Source: Felis catus (Eukaryota). Taken from it: a stretch of DNA of 64,000 nt. Below the pieces are notes generated by a model. That model searched no databases, was not told the DNA's origin, and saw nothing but the letters and a program-made list of their open reading frames with translations. Of this stretch, positions 61,048-64,000 are shown in pieces. The position numbers and the translations under genes were made by a program. Numbering within the stretch: position 1 is the stretch's first letter; the number at the start of each line of letters is the position of its first letter. The DNA is taken from contig NC_058368.1 of the NCBI RefSeq assembly GCF_018350175.1, positions 82,772,001-82,836,000 of the forward strand, given 5' to 3'.

Positions 61048-61984
61048 GTACCCTGGCTTAAATGGGAAAGGAAGACTCAGGAGTTTAGTGTCAAGCCAGG
61101 AAGCTGAACATAGCAGGCAACAGGGCCAGTGTAGTGATCAGAATGGCCCTGCCCCAGATAATTCTGGGGGTGACTGATTACCAAGTGCCTAGGTTTGAAA
61201 AGGATAAACTGCCCACTAGATTCCTGCTTGGTTTGCATAGTTAAAACCTATGTCAGATCTTGTGAATATAGGCCTGACTTGAGTAACAATCAGGTAGAGA
61301 CATGTCCCTTCAACCAATTTCTAGACTAGAATAATTCCACAGATCAGAGATCCTCCACCAGCCAGGAGGTTAGCTACACTCGAAGGACCTTGTGAGAACC
61401 TACACGTTTGTTATGAGACTTTTCTTTCTGTAGGCATTTACTGCAGATTGGCAAAGATCCACAAGCTTGACTCTGTTGGCAAGGCTGTGTCTCCGTTGGC
61501 AAGATTCAGGGGCCAGTATGCTGCAGGAACCCAGCTCACTGACATCTTGGGAGCAACTGTGGAGTTGACTGTCTCAAGTAGAGGACACAAGGGACCAGCA
61601 TGGGTGTCACCAGTTGGGGTCACTTTAGGGACGGCACTGCTGTGAACCTGAGTAATCTGAGATGATCTGTGCCTCGGTAGAATCCTTCCTGCCCCTTGCT
61701 GTGTCCAACACACACATGCTGCCTCAACAGTCACCTCTTTGTGTCCTTGTTTCCTGCTGAGGTGGCTGTCCCCTTAGCTACTGAGATGCCTCTCCCTTGT
61801 ACCCTCACTTGTTGGAGAGTACAGCAGCTTGAGCCCCATGCAGACCTTCTAATCCCACAAGGCTCCCAGGCTCCACCTGCACCTAAGGGTGTGAGCCACC
61901 TGCTATGGACCAGTCTCCCCAGTGCCCCAAGTACCCAGATTCCCCTGGGAAACTCACTCTTCATTTAAGAATCAATTCAGTGTT

Positions 61985-62226
61985 GGGGCACCAGGGTGGT
62001 TCAGTCGGTTAAGCGTCTGACTTCGGCTCAAGTCATGATCTTGCCATTCCCCAGTTCCAGATCTGTGTCGGGCTCTGTGTTGACAGCTTACCTGGAGCCT
62101 GTTTCAGATTCTGTATCTTCCTCTCTCTCTCCCTCTCTCTGTCTCTGTCTCTCTCTCTCTCTGCCCCTCCCCTGCTTGTGCACACACACACACTCTCTCA
62201 AAAATAAACATTAAAAAAAAAAAAAA
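61985..62226 (+). mobile_element. CanSINE
   Basis: TSD-like GAATCAA.TCAGTGT. Confidence 0.9.
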
Positions 62227-62720
62227 GGAATCAACTCAGTGTCCACTCATCCCCTCATAGCACTAGTTTTTCTGTTACCACTCCCCTCTGCCTTTGAACA
62301 CCACAGAAGCAAGCTGCTTTATTCATTTCATATTCCAGAGCCTAACACTGGTTCTGACACAGAGTAGGCACTTAAATGAGTGAACAAGTCAATTCACCCT
62401 TTGTTGGTTCCACTCTGGGACACTCTCAGGAAAGAAAAGCATCTGACCATGTGGCCCATGGAGGACCCCTATCAGCTCCTAGACAGGAGGTCCCATGGAT
62501 GCTCTGCAGCTCTCCTGGGGGCTGCTGCAAACCACAGTCAGCCTGTACAAGTTCAGCCAAGTGGGACACGCCCTGGCTTCCCTCATATCCATGAGCCAGG
62601 CCTCTAGTGCCAAGAACAAGGGCTTTCTTTAAAGAGGGAGGAAGGAGCAGCCATGATGCCCAAGGTGACTTGAAAATGCCACATGCACCCTGCGTCCCCT
62701 CCACCGCAGCCCGTACTTGC

Positions 62721-62828
62721 CCTGCTGCTGCTCGTTCAGCAGGAAATCTGTGGGGGGCTCCTCACCTCTCTTGGGAGGGTCATTTCTTATTCCAGGCAGA
62801 GAGAATCCATCCATGACTTCCAGGTAAC
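62721..62828 (-). pseudogene. FBXO36-like exon 2 equivalent, disabled: VTWKSWMDSLCLE*EMTLPREVR / frameshift / PPTDFLLNEQQQG
   Basis: Acceptor cttctttgggcag|GTT; donor CAGG|gcaagt. Aligns position for position with recalled FBXO36 VIFRWWKISLRSEYRSTKPGEAKETHEDFLENSHLQG. It is 108 bp where 109 is needed to keep frame. Confidence 0.72.
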
Positions 62829-63345
62829 CTGCCCAAAGAAGCAGACACACACATTCTGGCACAGGTGTTGCCCACCATGGGAGCCAGTCAGTGGTGGTCT
62901 GCTATAGCAGCCTGACGAAGACCTAAGCAGAGAAGGTACAATGTCCCTCTGTGAACTGACAACAGCAGCATATTGGCAACTGCTGAAGCTGGTATGGGTC
63001 CATGTTATTACTCTCTCTCCTGTGAATGTTTAAAATTTCCAGTAATAAAATGTTAAAAAGAAAATTCATCTCAGATGGGGATTTTTTTTCCAGTTGGTTC
63101 ATATGTTCACAGACGAATTGAAAGAATACCTTGTCCTCTTCCGTTTTTCATTTTTATGGGTCTAATTGCTGAGACTGTGTTGATGTATGAGGGAGCAGAG
63201 GGGTCTTGTTACAAAAATTCCACCTAATTCTTTAAATTTCTTTCAAGTTATACACCAAATGTTCCAGTTATCTATAATCACAAATTACTTCTGAGGGTTT
63301 ACCATCCGATAATCCTCTCAATCTTACTGAAAGCAAAGACCTGCC

Positions 63346-63788
63346 TTATTTATTTATTTATTTATTTAACTTTTTTAATGTTTGTTTTTGAGAGAGAGAG
63401 AGAGAGAGAGCATGAACAAGGGAGGGGCAGAGAGAGAGGGAGACACAGAATCTAAAGCAGGCTCCAGGCTCTGAGCTGTCAGCACAGAGCCCGATGCGGG
63501 GCTTGAACCCATGAACTGTGAGATCATGACCTGAGCCGAAGTGCTCAACTGACTGAGCCACCCAGGCACCCCAAAGACCTGACTTTTTAAAAAAAATTTT
63601 TTAACATTTATTTATTTTTGAGACAGAGAGCGACAGAGCATGAACAGGGGAGGGTCAGAGAGAGAGGGAGACAGAATCCGAAGCAGGCTCCAGCACAGAG
63701 CCTGATGCGGGGCTTGAACCCACGAACTGCGAGATCATGACCTGAGCCGAAGTCGGACGCCCAACCGACTGAGCCACCCAGGCGCCCC
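63346..63788 (-). mobile_element. Two tandem CanSINEs (about 63346-63572 and 63590-63788) sharing a triplicated target site
   Basis: AAAGACCTG(A/C)CTT at 63335, 63573 and 63789. Confidence 0.92.
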
Positions 63789-64000
63789 AAAGACCTGACT
63801 TTTAAAAGGATTTGTTATTCAATCAGTTGACTCATTAATTTTCTGTTCCTGGGAAGCAGGCACAGAAGAAGACTTTACCAGGACTTATCAAATAACTACT
63901 AATCACACCTGCTACCCTTTCATTCTTAGAGGTAAACAGTTTAATCTGATCTATTCAAGAAAACTTGGTGGGTGGAGTTCAAGGCAGTAATTTCAGTACA

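Larger units (their letters stand above)
53331..62828 (-). pseudogene. FBXO36-like F-box gene relic with introns retained; equivalents of exons 2-4
   Basis: Three exons (62828-62721, 57428-57253, 53510-53331) are colinear with FBXO36 as recalled and have matching phases 0/1/0. Exon 2 has an in-frame TAA and a frameshift. Confidence 0.82.

Noticed and set aside
1884..63790. Recurrent ORFs such as ...GQRETEHERGRGRERGRHRIG... and MPGWRSWLSVRLQPGHDL...
   Set aside because: Translations of CanSINE bodies, not genes.
62880..64000. Search for FBXO36-like exon 1
   Set aside because: Only vague peptide resemblances without convincing alignment or donor phase; exon 1 is probably outside the window or decayed.

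Overview
Mammalian genomic DNA, almost certainly a felid (about 35 carnivore tRNA-derived CanSINE/SINEC copies, including the young Felidae-type subfamily), syntenic with the human CDC16-UPF3A interval. The + strand carries the last six coding exons and 3' UTR of CDC16 (4281-15314) and a complete 10-exon UPF3A gene (ATG 27290 to stop 48548, 485 aa) with a CpG-island promoter. Much of the rest is L1, SINE, LTR and DNA-transposon sequence. Two spliced units on the - strand are not explained by these genes. (1) A three-exon FBXO36-like F-box relic (62828-53331) converges on UPF3A. It keeps FBXO36 exon phases, but exon 2 carries a stop and a 1-bp deletion. (2) A phase-compatible exon chain runs divergently from the UPF3A promoter towards CDC16 (27168-23536). 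Smaller oddities include a 25-nt tailless U6 insertion with 18-bp TSDs, a higher-order minisatellite inside an LTR, and a SINE inserted at the predicted UPF3A cleavage site. All homology calls rely on my recall of reference proteins and repeats; no database search was run, and repeat boundaries are approximate.
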